Source: Naegleria gruberi (taxonomy: Eukaryota). From it: 64,000 bases of DNA. The position numbers and the translations under genes were made by a program. Positions 1-10,599 of the stretch are shown here, in pieces (position 1 is the stretch's first letter; the number at the start of each line of letters is the position of its first letter). The notes beneath the pieces were generated by a model. The model saw only the letters and a list, made by a program, of their open reading frames with translations, did not search any database and was not told where the DNA came from. The stretch lies in assembly GCA_000004985.1 (NCBI GenBank), contig GG738917.1; one strand, 5' to 3'.

Positions 1-290
1 CTCCGAGAAAAGGGTTGATTTTTCCTCCACAATTTTGGAGTAACACACTCGAAGTGGACAACAACAATTAATAATCAATTAATATCAAAAAATTGAACAA
101 GTGCATCCTCATCTAGGAGTTTTTTCAGAGAGGGTCTAAGAATCGCTCAGCATCATTAATATCTTGTTGGGATCTTTCGGAAAGTTCCAAGCCAATCTTC
201 CAACACACGTATTCAAAACAATCAAATAATATACATCCTATTGGAAATTACATATCTTCATATCAACAACAACAACAACAATAGAAAAAT

Positions 291-3200
291 ATGATTACAC
301 TGGAATTGAAGGATGATATAGAGGAATTGCTGAATGATAGTCTGTATCGTCTCGTTAAATTTATTGGATACGAACCAACAGGACACTTTATTGTGGTTTG
401 TTTTTCAATAGGTGATCAGAATCATCAGCCTTTGAAAATTAGTGATGATGAAGATGAGTTTGGATCATCAATGGGATTGGATTCACCACAGAGTGTTGTT
501 CATGTGGATTTCCTCTCGAGAAAGGTTAATTTACTTTGCAAATTATCTCCGACCCTTGATTGCTTTGGTGCTTCACTAAATTTCAATCACTCCATACTTT
601 CAATAACAACAAGTAGAATATTGTACAAAATGGTGAATAATGGAGCAAGTTTAGTGGTTACTAATAGTGATTTAAACACTTCTTCTTCATCTTCTTCATC
701 CTCATCACCATCAGCAGCAACATCATCACTGGGAATGGCTTCACAAGTTAATATACCAGGTGTTCCTTCAGTGAATAGTTATGAAAATCGTAATTTAAAA
801 GTGAATGAAACTTATCAGATAATATCTAATTTAAAGTCATTCCTTACAAAGGAGAAGGAAGGAAATTCAATATCATCATCATCAAATGGATTGACTCCGG
901 TAGCTCCTTCCATATCAAATCCTGCACTATTGGCTCAACAAGAGAGAATTGTACTTTACGAATCGTATTTTGTTGAACTAAAAACAAAAACAAAGAACAA
1001 GTAGGTATTAATTGCTTTATAATTTAGATTAATGGCTTTTTAACACAAATAACACAGATCTCCACAAACTTTATTTAAAAAGTCGGAAGCTCCACAGAGC
1101 ATTCAATTCATCCATAGTAATAGATTGAAGAATGGAAAGAATTACTTCTTATCATTTTCATCAGGATCTATTCAGATATTTACCTTCTCGACAGATCCAA
1201 AAACTGGAGCAATGAAAGGTCCACCAAAAGAAGTTAAAACGATCACTTCAAAATCTTATCCAGATGGTGATTCTCCCTCTTCATTTTCTTCATTGTTTTC
1301 ATCAAAATCTAATCAACCTAGTGAAGATAATGAAGTAATATGGTATCAATGGGATGTTGATACTCACTTATTGTATTTTATAGTTCGATCACCTTTCCCT
1401 TCTGCCAATTCATTTGGAAAAATGAATCTAGTATTATATTGTTGGAATATAGACCTTGATGGACTTCAACTCGTGTACAAATACCCAATTTTGAATCACC
1501 TCCCACCTGATCTTTTGCATTTTGGTTCTAGAGATTTCCCAGTTTCATCCATGATTGACCCAATTATATTTTCTGGAAGAAGTAATACTCTTACTCCAAA
1601 CTATTTCAATAGCTACTTTTTGGAAACATCAACCATTAGAATGCAAATTGTAAAACTTGAAAATGGTAACGATATTTTATGTATGCAATATAGAGATTTG
1701 CGACCGAGCACTCAGGAAAATGTGATGAATGTTTATATTTATCACTTTAAAGAAAAGAAGTGCTTAAAGCTAAATGTAAGTGTTTGATTGATTACATATT
1801 TGATATTGACTGAAAATTAGTTACAATCCAAACATTATCTTTTGATTAGCAAATATAAGAAGAATAATCTTATGTTATTCCTTCCAAATAAGTATTTGCA
1901 ATTAATCAAGGGAAATACCCTCTCAACAATTTTCCAATTCAACAAGAATCAATTCAATCTCTCTCTTCACAATGAAATGCCTGTTAAATTAGATGAGCCT
2001 CATCTCCTTCCAGTTTTCAGTCACATGGAAGGACATTTTATTAATATAAGAAACGGATGTGTTTTCAATTTTGACCTCATGATAACATATTTGACCAGCT
2101 CACATTGGCTCCAAATCCCTGACCTTGTTAACGATCAATTCATACCAGTTTTGGAATTTATTTTATTTAATTATCCTAAAGATGTTGCCCTACAATTTTT
2201 GAGTTATTTATTCTACAGTATGGAAAAGTCACCTCACAAAAAGAATATTCAGTTTTCCAAGTTAATTTCTCTTGGTATGAAAGAGTATATAATAGGAGCT
2301 TGTTACCAACAGGCCATTTTCAAAGGAATGGATCCAGAATTTATTTCTTTACTACCAAACAATAGACACGACTTTTATGACAGTATTTTAGGAGTAGTAT
2401 CGAGCTTGATCAAGAAGAAACAACTCAATTTAGGCTCGTTTTCATTTGACAGTCCTAGAACTGGAAGTGCAAACACTCCACAAAGCCCATCTCCCTCTAG
2501 TCCTCAACAAACATTAATTCTTAATAATGAAACCTATGAGGAATATATCAAATTTGCCATATTTTATGGAAAATCTATCAAGAATTGGAATGCAAAGAAA
2601 TGGGCCTCTGAATTTAATGCTATTTTAACAGAAGAGATGGAATTGCTATCAGAAACCATCATGTCTCAAAAGAATGAAGAAGAGAAATACTTCTTCATAT
2701 TGATGGAGTGTTTCTATACTTCCCTTCTGTTAGATTATAGACTTCCTCCTCCGGCAGAGTTCAATTTCAATTTTGTAATATCTGGTTTTAAAGCTTTGGA
2801 AAGAGATATTTTCTATCAATACTGTGATAGAGGAGTATTCGAAATTAATAATCAAGTAATTAATGCATTGTGTCAAGCGGATTTATTGACAAAAGAATGC
2901 AAGGAAGATATTCATTGCTTGAATTATTTATTGAAAATCTCAGTAGACCCTGTAAATATTTCATATGTAATTAGTCATCTAGAGGGCATTGAAGACTGCC
3001 AATTTGCAATAAGCAATTATTATCATACTATATTCTCAATTAATGCTGATGATTGGTCTGACCATGATCTCAATCAGAACTCTCTCAAGAAAATCCTAAA
3101 AAAGAAACAAAAGAAACATAACCAAGAAAGACACGAAAGAGAGCATCACTCTTTTATCAGAGACCAAATTTTAAATATTATGGGAACTAGGGCCAGCTTT

Positions 3201-3626
3201 AATTCTTCCTCATTCAATTCATCATTTGGAGCTAATAATTCAGAGTATGGATCCTTGGTTGAAGAACCAAGAAAGATTGAAGGTGATGATAGTGAAGAAA
3301 ATAATTCTGAATGTAGTGATGTCAGCGTTATTTCAGTCTCGGCAACTCATACCACATTTGCACCTTTGGTTTCTTACTTGTTGAGTATTCAGAAATTGAG
3401 CCATACAGCCTCAACAATTGTTGGTGATAAATCACCACTTTCACAGCAAGAACAACCATCAACACCAAAACAAAAGTTTGAGGATGATGAGAGCAGTTTT
3501 GTTGGAACAACACCAACTGCAATATTTTCCTCAAATCCTTTCAATTCAAATGGATTGTGGGCAAAAGAGAGGGATTATATTCAAAGTGTTGCTTCTGAGC
3601 ATTACTTGAAGAAACATTTCTTTTAA
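291..3626 (+). CDS. large hypothetical protein (about 1075 aa), 3 exons: 291..1000, 1058..1775, 1821..3626
   Basis: Three consecutive + strand ORFs join in frame through two short introns: donor GTAGGT at 1001 with acceptor ACACAG ending at 1057, and donor GTAAGT at 1776 with acceptor AATTAG ending at 1820. Phases are consistent. Contains a poly-Ser tract. No recognisable domain. Confidence 0.55.
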
Positions 3627-3635
3627 TAAATCGTC

Positions 3636-5066
3636 TTAATTAATGTTAAAACAAAAACTTGGAAATGATTTTTGAATACATTCGGTACATGTTTCATGAT
3701 ATGATGTTCCACCATTAATTATTAGGCAACCCAACTTGCCTTGTGAGAGCAGACAAATAAAGCTACCTTCTGAGCTGACATTAATATTTTCAATATTAAT
3801 CTTTTCCTTGATATTGTCGACCAGTTGACCGGTTAATTTGATATTTTCAATTTCTAAATGTGTTATAAAGGTATTACCAAGAAGGGCATCTAAATATTTG
3901 GTAGGCATGGAGGGATGGTAAAAGTTGAGGGAAAGTTTCAAATGTTTGACTGGAAGTTTTGAAATTTGATTCAGGTATTCATCAGAAATTACAAACTTCT
4001 CTTGCATACCTATTGTGAGGGAAGGTAGAATCCAGTCAGGTGAATTAATTTTTTTCAGATCTTTAAATAGTTCAATCAGATATTTGGAATGAACTTCTTC
4101 TACGAATGAAATTTCTCGAGCAGCTTTCAGTATGGTTTCACCACTTGAATTAACAGAGTGTTCCATATTAACTGGAAGAGTTAAACTCAATTTAAGTCTA
4201 TTACTATGTTTGAGAATATTATTAACGCAGCCCAAGTCTGCAAGATAGTCATCAAGATATGATATATCAATAAATGAAGGAGGTTTGAATGATAGTAAAT
4301 GTACTCCAAATACTGGAAAACTCTTCCAACACATTCTATCATGTTCTGAATATGTATAATGTTTTACCAAACTTATTATCTTGTTATGTTTTTTTCCGAA
4401 TGCAAATTTTATCAACTTGGAACATAATTTTTCATGGAAAGGTTCTGTATCATAAAAAGGATTGAATTCTTCATCATCTTGATCATTATTTTTGATAAAT
4501 ATTTTCACTGTATCATTCCATATTTTTCTAAAAACTGGAAACTCAAATCTAACATTTTTAATATCGAATACAGAAGCAGATGGTGAAAATTGATGAGCTC
4601 CTGCTGAAGTAGGTGATGCTGGTGATGAAACTCTTGATGATGGCAGTAAATTGACATATTGGCTCTCCTTGATGGAATTATTACTCGATAAAAACACTCC
4701 ACTTCCAATTTCTTCATCATGATGTTGATTATTCGAAACTCCACTATTTCTATTTCTCCTTATATTACTCTTATATTTAGTAAAAATTGATTTTTGCAGT
4801 AAAATACTCGGTGTTTCTTGTTCTCCTAGGAAATCACAAAACTCAAATATATATTGAATAGTATCAATTGTTAATAGTTTCTTACAACATTCGGCTAACA
4901 CTGCAACATCTGACAAATCCCTCTTATCTTTAGGTGATGGAGGAACTGGTTTAGTTTTCTTATTGTTTGATCCATTATTATTATTATTGGGTGATGAAGA
5001 TAATTCAACTGCAGATGGTGGTGTTGGTTCCTCATTATTTCGAATACAAATACAACTAAATCCCAT
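3636..5066 (-). CDS. hypothetical protein (476 aa)
   Basis: Long uninterrupted minus-strand ORF. N-terminus MGFSCIC (possible acylation motif), S/N-rich linker, C-terminal leucine-rich region. No recognised family. Confidence 0.5.
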   Translation of the reverse strand: MGFSCICIRNNEEPTPPSAVELSSSPNNNNNGSNNKKTKPVPPSPKDKRDLSDVAVLAECCKKLLTIDTIQYIFEFCDFLGEQETPSILLQKSIFTKYKSNIRRNRNSGVSNNQHHDEEIGSGVFLSSNNSIKESQYVNLLPSSRVSSPASPTSAGAHQFSPSASVFDIKNVRFEFPVFRKIWNDTVKIFIKNNDQDDEEFNPFYDTEPFHEKLCSKLIKFAFGKKHNKIISLVKHYTYSEHDRMCWKSFPVFGVHLLSFKPPSFIDISYLDDYLADLGCVNNILKHSNRLKLSLTLPVNMEHSVNSSGETILKAAREISFVEEVHSKYLIELFKDLKKINSPDWILPSLTIGMQEKFVISDEYLNQISKLPVKHLKLSLNFYHPSMPTKYLDALLGNTFITHLEIENIKLTGQLVDNIKEKINIENINVSSEGSFICLLSQGKLGCLIINGGTSYHETCTECIQKSFPSFCFNIN

Positions 5067-5357
5067 GATAATGATGATGATTAATATATGTACTATATAG
5101 TAAAGTCAATTATAATGATGATAATGATTATTGTTATATATATATGAACAACAATAACAACAGAAGAAGAATATAGATGATGAATTTAACCGAACCTACA
5201 GCAACAATATTCGATCGAATATATATGCTTCTATTATATAATGATTACTAGTTGTTGGTTATTGTTTCAACAATTTTTCTGCTGCCTATGAAGATAATGA
5301 AAAAAACCTTTGATCTTCAAAGCCTTTTTGTTATTGTAGATTTTTCTCCTTTCGTGG

Positions 5358-5369
5358 TTGGCGGGAAAA
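5358..5369. promoter_or_regulatory. E2F-like site TTGGCGGGAAAA, about 290 bp upstream of the minus-strand gene starting at 5066
   Basis: Matches the canonical E2F consensus (TTTSGCGC / TTGGCGGGAAA). It sits in the intergenic promoter region. This is a single motif match only. Confidence 0.25.
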
Positions 5370-5881
5370 GTTGTGGCCTTTTTTTCAAAGAGAGAAAAAT
5401 GTAAAATTTTTTGACGCTGCGATTTTTCCCAGAACTTGGTTTCGAATTGTTGTGTGGCTTTAGAATTTGATGAAGATTATTGGAAACTAACAACCAACTG
5501 CTACTGGATAGAAGAGATGTTGATGGGTTGGAGTGTGGAGTGTGTGAAGGAGTTGATGGACTGTTTTTTTACACTAAACACTTGAAAATTACAACCAATG
5601 TTTACAATGGCTAAATTGTGTGCATAGGAGGATTCGTCCAACAGAATTTTTACCCCATGAGAATGGATGTTGTGGTTTAATTTATCCTCATTGGTTGACT
5701 TTCCAAGAAAATGCACGTGACATGTTGGAATGGACTTGTGAAACGTGATTACATTTCGAATATTATTCGAAAGTGGTCATGACAAAGATTTTTAACAAGA
5801 TTCAAATTATTCATTTACAAGTCACACAAAATATTGATAATATTTTAAATATTCACACTTTCGAATAAGTTAAATAAAAAA

Positions 5882-6976
5882 TTAGAAACATTTTCTATGA
5901 ACAACACATGGTCCTACTTCCTCATATTGATCCTTACTGATTGCCAAATTTTCAAATGTTGATAAACTTCCAAGAATGCTAGCTCCAATGAAGGTCGATA
6001 TTTTCCTCTCACTAGGAGCATCCACTCTAACATTTGCACTCACAGGAGATAATGCAAAAAGTTCATGATGCAAACGATCTTCAATTCCTGGGAATAAGGA
6101 ACTTGCACCACTGAGTAGAACTCTTGAATAATAGTGGATTCTATGGAGGTCAATATCTAGTTTCATGATGGAGTTGTGGATGGCAGTGCTAAGATTTGTT
6201 TGTTCAATTTCATAGAGTTGAGGATGGAAATAAAGTTCTGGAGCTTGAAATCTTTCCTTTCCAATATCCAATTTAGTCTTGTCAGGTAATTCAAAATTAA
6301 ATGATTCCATTTCTTGGTCATAATCTTTGGCAACATAACATTTCTTTTCTTTCAAATCTCTAACAATCTCCTTCTCAGCAAATGATTCCACACCATGTCC
6401 ATTCAATTTCACTAAATTAATTAAATAATCAGTGATGTGTCTTCCACCCAATTCAATTGTTGAGCTAGCATATGGTAAAGCATTTCCTTCAAACATTGGA
6501 ACAATTTGAGTTTCTTCCTCTCCCATATTAACAACCACAGCATTTAATTTTCCAGAAGCAAAAGCACTCAATACCGAATCATTGGCCAAATAAAAACTTG
6601 GAGCATTGAAAGTTTCGAACATGATTTGTGTAATTTTTTCTCTTTCCTCTTTTGGAGTATTTAAATGTTCTGTTAAAATAATTGGAGCTTCCTCGGGAGC
6701 AACTCGTAGAGCTTCATAAAAAGTGAAGTGCCAAATATTTTCCATATAATCCCAGTTACTGATTCGTCTATTTTCGAATGGACTTTTATTATCCAATTCA
6801 CTCGAAAATCTTCCAATAATAAATTCTTTTTCAGTGGAACTACCAATTAGAGGACGTGCTGGATTTCTTGCAATGGTTGTGGGAAAGACTTCCTTTGGTG
6901 CATCTTCACCAGAAAAACCTGCTTTAATGGCATAGGAGCCATTATCAATGACAATGGCGGGTGTGAGTTCTGACAT
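5882..6976 (-). CDS. actin-related protein (Arp family, actin/Arp1-like, about 364 aa)
   Basis: The translation from the internal Met reads MSELTPAIVIDNGSYAIKAGFSGEDAPKEVFPT ... NWDYMENIWHFTFYEALRVAPEE ... IVHRKCF, i.e. actin-fold motifs throughout and an actin-like C-terminus. The ORF continues 50 codons upstream of this Met, but that stretch is not actin-like, so the start is set at the Met at 6976. Confidence 0.85.
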   Translation of the reverse strand: MSELTPAIVIDNGSYAIKAGFSGEDAPKEVFPTTIARNPARPLIGSSTEKEFIIGRFSSELDNKSPFENRRISNWDYMENIWHFTFYEALRVAPEEAPIILTEHLNTPKEEREKITQIMFETFNAPSFYLANDSVLSAFASGKLNAVVVNMGEEETQIVPMFEGNALPYASSTIELGGRHITDYLINLVKLNGHGVESFAEKEIVRDLKEKKCYVAKDYDQEMESFNFELPDKTKLDIGKERFQAPELYFHPQLYEIEQTNLSTAIHNSIMKLDIDLHRIHYYSRVLLSGASSLFPGIEDRLHHELFALSPVSANVRVDAPSERKISTFIGASILGSLSTFENLAISKDQYEEVGPCVVHRKCF

Positions 6977-7388
6977 TTTTTTTTGATTGTGAACTTTGTC
7001 ATGACAGGTTAAATAAACAACTAAAACATTGCAGACAATAGCATGTATTCCGATGTTGTCATCACATTGAATTATCTTTTCATTTTGTTTTGTATATTTT
7101 TTATTTCTGATTAAATACATATGCAATCAATCAAATTGTAAAGTATTAATAGATTAATTATTATTGTAAAGTTGTGTTTGATTTCACCATTTTGAAAGGA
7201 ATGACCTTTGAAAATCGTAACATTTTAACGAAACTAGCAATGAACACACTTTGAACTCGCTCTATTTGTTTGAAAATTTAATTATGTGGACACACCTTAT
7301 GGAAATTATTATCCTCCCGTTGTAATCTCACAATCTTTAATAAAGAGACAACCACAAAATCTGTTCTCAGAAAAACCATTGAAAAAAA

Positions 7389-7793
7389 ATGAAAACAACT
7401 CAAATCTTATTGATTGCTATTCTTGTTTCCTGTATGGTTATTTCCTACACTCAAGCATCTTCTCCAGGTTGGTTGATTAATAGAAGATACAAGGAAGAAT
7501 CTGATTATGCTGATGAATTGGCAGATGCTTTGGTTGATGTAATCCTTTCTGATAAGGTTGCACATGAAGTTAAACCAAATAATGCTGGAAAGTACAATCC
7601 TGATGAAATCTTTTATAAGAAAAGAACTAGAGCATTGGCTGATAGATTGATTGAACATATTTACACCACTTTTGATGAACCAACTCCTACTCGTCCATCA
7701 AAGAGATTCATTCGTGAAATGGCCGATAAAATAGCCTATGAAATTAAGGCAAATAACGCTGGAAAGTATAATCCAGATAGACCAGTAAAATAA
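7389..7793 (+). CDS. small secreted protein with internal repeat (134 aa)
   Basis: N-terminal signal peptide (MKTTQILLIAILVSCMVISYTQASS). Two copies of a motif, VAHEVKPNNAGKYNPD and IAYEIKANNAGKYNPD. Confidence 0.6.
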   Translation: MKTTQILLIAILVSCMVISYTQASSPGWLINRRYKEESDYADELADALVDVILSDKVAHEVKPNNAGKYNPDEIFYKKRTRALADRLIEHIYTTFDEPTPTRPSKRFIREMADKIAYEIKANNAGKYNPDRPVK

Positions 7794-7830
7794 ACCATGT
7801 TTGTTTACCATTTACGTTTTTGAATGTAAA

Positions 7831-7918
7831 CCGATGATAGCTCAGCTGGTAGAGCATGGGACTGTAGCAAGAAAAACTGTCATCCTGTGGTCGGCGGTTC
7901 GATTCCGTCTCATCGGAT
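7831..7918 (+). tRNA. tRNA-Tyr (GTA) with a 14-nt intron after position 37
   Basis: Acceptor stem CCGATGA/TCATCGG, D-arm GCTCAGCTGGTAGAGC, anticodon loop CTGTAG + intron (caagaaaaactgtc) + A, T-arm GGCGGTTCGATTCCGTC, discriminator A, downstream T-run. Confidence 0.8.
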
Positions 7919-8197
7919 AGTTTTGCCCATGTTATTATTGTTTAAGGATACAAATTCTCAATCAACAAATCAAATTCCTTTGGATATGAAGATGAATGAA
8001 CACATTTATTCCATGTTGTGAACAAGAAGCTTAAATCCCAGGGATTATCTTTGTTTTTCATCAGCATTAAAAAAATGGAATCACAACCAACCTTCATTGA
8101 TCAACCTTTGGGCAAGTGTTTAGACAGTATTTCATCAACCATAGATGATGAATTTTACTTGGTTGACTTGTCCAAATTAATCAATTAAATCAGAAAA

Positions 8198-8683
8198 TTG
8201 ATGATGAAAAAAGACCCATTCGTGCCTCCTTTTCAACACTATTCAGAACATCTCATTCCTATCCAATTGTCTACATTGGTTTCATGGAATTCTCTGAATG
8301 CTCTCTTTTATAATGATAAGATATTTCTCTATGATTTGGAATGTGGAAAGTTTGTTAGTGAAAAGCCAATAATCTTTTCGTCAAGTGATGATAGCTTCTC
8401 TTTCTCTGGCTATTGCTATGATGATAAGTGTCAAATTATTCCATTCTTGGAAGGATTGAGATTAAGAGTGTTCATTCTTAGAAATTGCAAACTTTACGAA
8501 TTGGTTTGGAAAGAGGAAGGTAATAAGATAAAACTAATTAGACACTTAGATTGGATCTCACATATTGAATTGGTTGTAAGACTGGATAATTTTGGGTTAT
8601 TGATTAATGACTTTGAAGATTCTGTTATGTTTACAATCCACAACCTTTCAACTCTTCCAATCAAAAGGAAGAAGGAGAGTTAA
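8198..8683 (+). CDS. hypothetical protein (161 aa ORF)
   Basis: ORF only. No recognisable domain. May be an exon of a larger gene. Confidence 0.3.
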   Translation: MMMKKDPFVPPFQHYSEHLIPIQLSTLVSWNSLNALFYNDKIFLYDLECGKFVSEKPIIFSSSDDSFSFSGYCYDDKCQIIPFLEGLRLRVFILRNCKLYELVWKEEGNKIKLIRHLDWISHIELVVRLDNFGLLINDFEDSVMFTIHNLSTLPIKRKKES

Positions 8684-8744
8684 GGCATATTCCAAATGTA
8701 CATTCTAATAATTTATTATATGCTCCAAAACAATTGTTTCTAAG

Positions 8745-9125
8745 GAAAGAAATGAATATCAAAAGGTTTTGACCATTTCTGATATTGAGCAAATCATCCC
8801 TCAAAAAATCAAAGACATTTTCAATGAAGAGGACTTTTTGGAAAGGTTAAGGAAAGATCAGGAATATAGTCTTTATATCCCAAGATTAATTACAGATGCT
8901 ATGATTCCTATCACTGTGGATAATCAACGAATCACCCAAGCATACCAAGTTCAAGAAGGTAGATATAATGATGTTGAAATAGTGGCAGGATTGAGGTGTA
9001 GAAACCATTTGGACAGCAAGCTCTCTGAAATTATCGCAAAAGATTACATTGAACTCGATCCAGAAGATTTCTCCAATTATCTTGGGTCTGCCATCATATC
9101 TTGGAGACAACATGTTGATATATAA
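8745..9125 (+). CDS. hypothetical protein (ORF frame opens at acceptor-like AG at 8743-8744)
   Basis: ORF only. I could not join it in phase to the upstream ORF. Confidence 0.3.
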   Translation, partial: ERNEYQKVLTISDIEQIIPQKIKDIFNEEDFLERLRKDQEYSLYIPRLITDAMIPITVDNQRITQAYQVQEGRYNDVEIVAGLRCRNHLDSKLSEIIAKDYIELDPEDFSNYLGSAIISWRQHVDI

Positions 9126-9412
9126 TAACCATATTGTGGATATGAAGGACTGTAGGAAATCCTCCAAGTTACTTCAGGTAGCTCACATAGGATTGGGATC
9201 TATTTATTCAAGTATTGATTTGAAAAAAGTTGAATTTATTGGAATATTATCATGTAAGGAGCCAAATGAAACGGAACAATGAATGTGGCTGTTCCTTTTT
9301 ATTTACGAGATCTCAAAATGGACATGTTGATTTTAACTTTTTTCCATATTTGGACATTTTCTGTTTTTGTTTACTATTGTTTTGTTTGGTTTCAATTTCC
9401 AAAGTAAAAAAA

Positions 9413-9880
9413 ATGATCAATACTCAAACTAATGACATTCTCGCACCACCAACTCAACTAATTTTCATTCAATATTTATCCTTTCTTATGGATAGTTCCT
9501 TTCACATCACCATTCCTATTATTCGAAAGCGAATTTCATTTGGTTTTGATCCAATTTTCGGTTTCGTCCCATTCGTTGGAGATTTCATATCCTTTGGTGT
9601 CTCTTGTCTAATTCTTATCATGATTTGGCGACATGGAATGTCATTTTCCATTCTATGTAGAATGGGAGTCAACATTGTACTCGATTTTCTAATAGGATGT
9701 ATTCCAATTATTGGAACAATATTTGATTTCTTCTTCAAAGCCAACAAGAGAAATTGGAAAATGCTCTGCAAATATTACAACTTTGATCCAGAAATGTATA
9801 AATTCAAGAAAGATTTTGTCGACTTGTATCGTGAATATAGAAAGAAACAACTTAACATTAATCCTCAATCAACTGTTTGA
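9413..9880 (+). CDS. DUF4112-family small membrane protein
   Basis: Motif FGFDPIFGFVPFVGDFISFGVS matches the DUF4112 signature (G-D-x-I-x-G-x-x-P-x-x-G-D), followed by hydrophobic helices. Start taken at the internal Met MINTQTN. The ORF extends upstream to 9230. Confidence 0.6.
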   Translation: MINTQTNDILAPPTQLIFIQYLSFLMDSSFHITIPIIRKRISFGFDPIFGFVPFVGDFISFGVSCLILIMIWRHGMSFSILCRMGVNIVLDFLIGCIPIIGTIFDFFFKANKRNWKMLCKYYNFDPEMYKFKKDFVDLYREYRKKQLNINPQSTV

Positions 9881-10037
9881 GTAATATGAAATTAAACTAA
9901 TTCAACTTCATTAATTGAGAATCTCCATAATTTGTCCACAACCAATCCAATTTCACACACATTATCATCACATTGTAAACCCATCTCCAACCGATAATCT
10001 CCGATCTTCGAAAATCAAAAGGAAACAACAAAAAAAA

Positions 10038-10388
10038 ATGAGCAACACATCAACAACCAACCTCGCCACACCATCATCAACAAGATATCAATCTTTTGCA
10101 GAATTTTATCCATTCTATCTTTCACAACATTCCAATCCAATTTGTAGAATTTTACACGTTGTAGGAACATTTAGTGCTGCATCAACTGGTGGTTATTTAT
10201 TATATAAAAAGAAATATCAATTGGCTCTTCCTTCCATGTTGTTGATTGGATATGGTTTAGCTTGGATTGGTCATTTCTTCTTTGAAAAGAATAGACCTGC
10301 AACATTTACATATCCACTTTGGAGTTTTATGGGTGATTGGAAAATGATGTTTGAGGTTTTGACATTCCAAAGAGGTTTAAAGGATTAA
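10038..10388 (+). CDS. DUF962 / Mpo1-like (YGL010W family) protein
   Basis: FYPFYLSQHSNPICRILHVVGT ... GHFFFEKNRPATFTYPLWSFMGDW matches the DUF962 family conserved H-x-N-x-x-N/R-x-x-H and the hydrophobic core. Start at the Met at 10038. Confidence 0.65.
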   Translation: MSNTSTTNLATPSSTRYQSFAEFYPFYLSQHSNPICRILHVVGTFSAASTGGYLLYKKKYQLALPSMLLIGYGLAWIGHFFFEKNRPATFTYPLWSFMGDWKMMFEVLTFQRGLKD

Positions 10389-10599
10389 AATTTTGTTAGA
10401 AAGTAGACGAACTTGATGATCAGCTGATTTAACAATCTCCTTCTGAACAAAATATCAATAAAAATACATATTTCATCATATCTGAATGCTGAACCAACTT
10501 TTTCACATAGTTTCTTTTTAACATACATTATCTGAAATCTGAAATATTTTTCATCATATCCTATGCTCTGCCAAGTTAAGTATCATGCTGTTGTTACTA

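Noticed and set aside
258-280. (CAA)n and similar short microsatellites (also ATG/ATGATG runs near 5060-5110)
   Set aside because: Trivial low-complexity repeats common in this AT-rich genome. Not reported individually.
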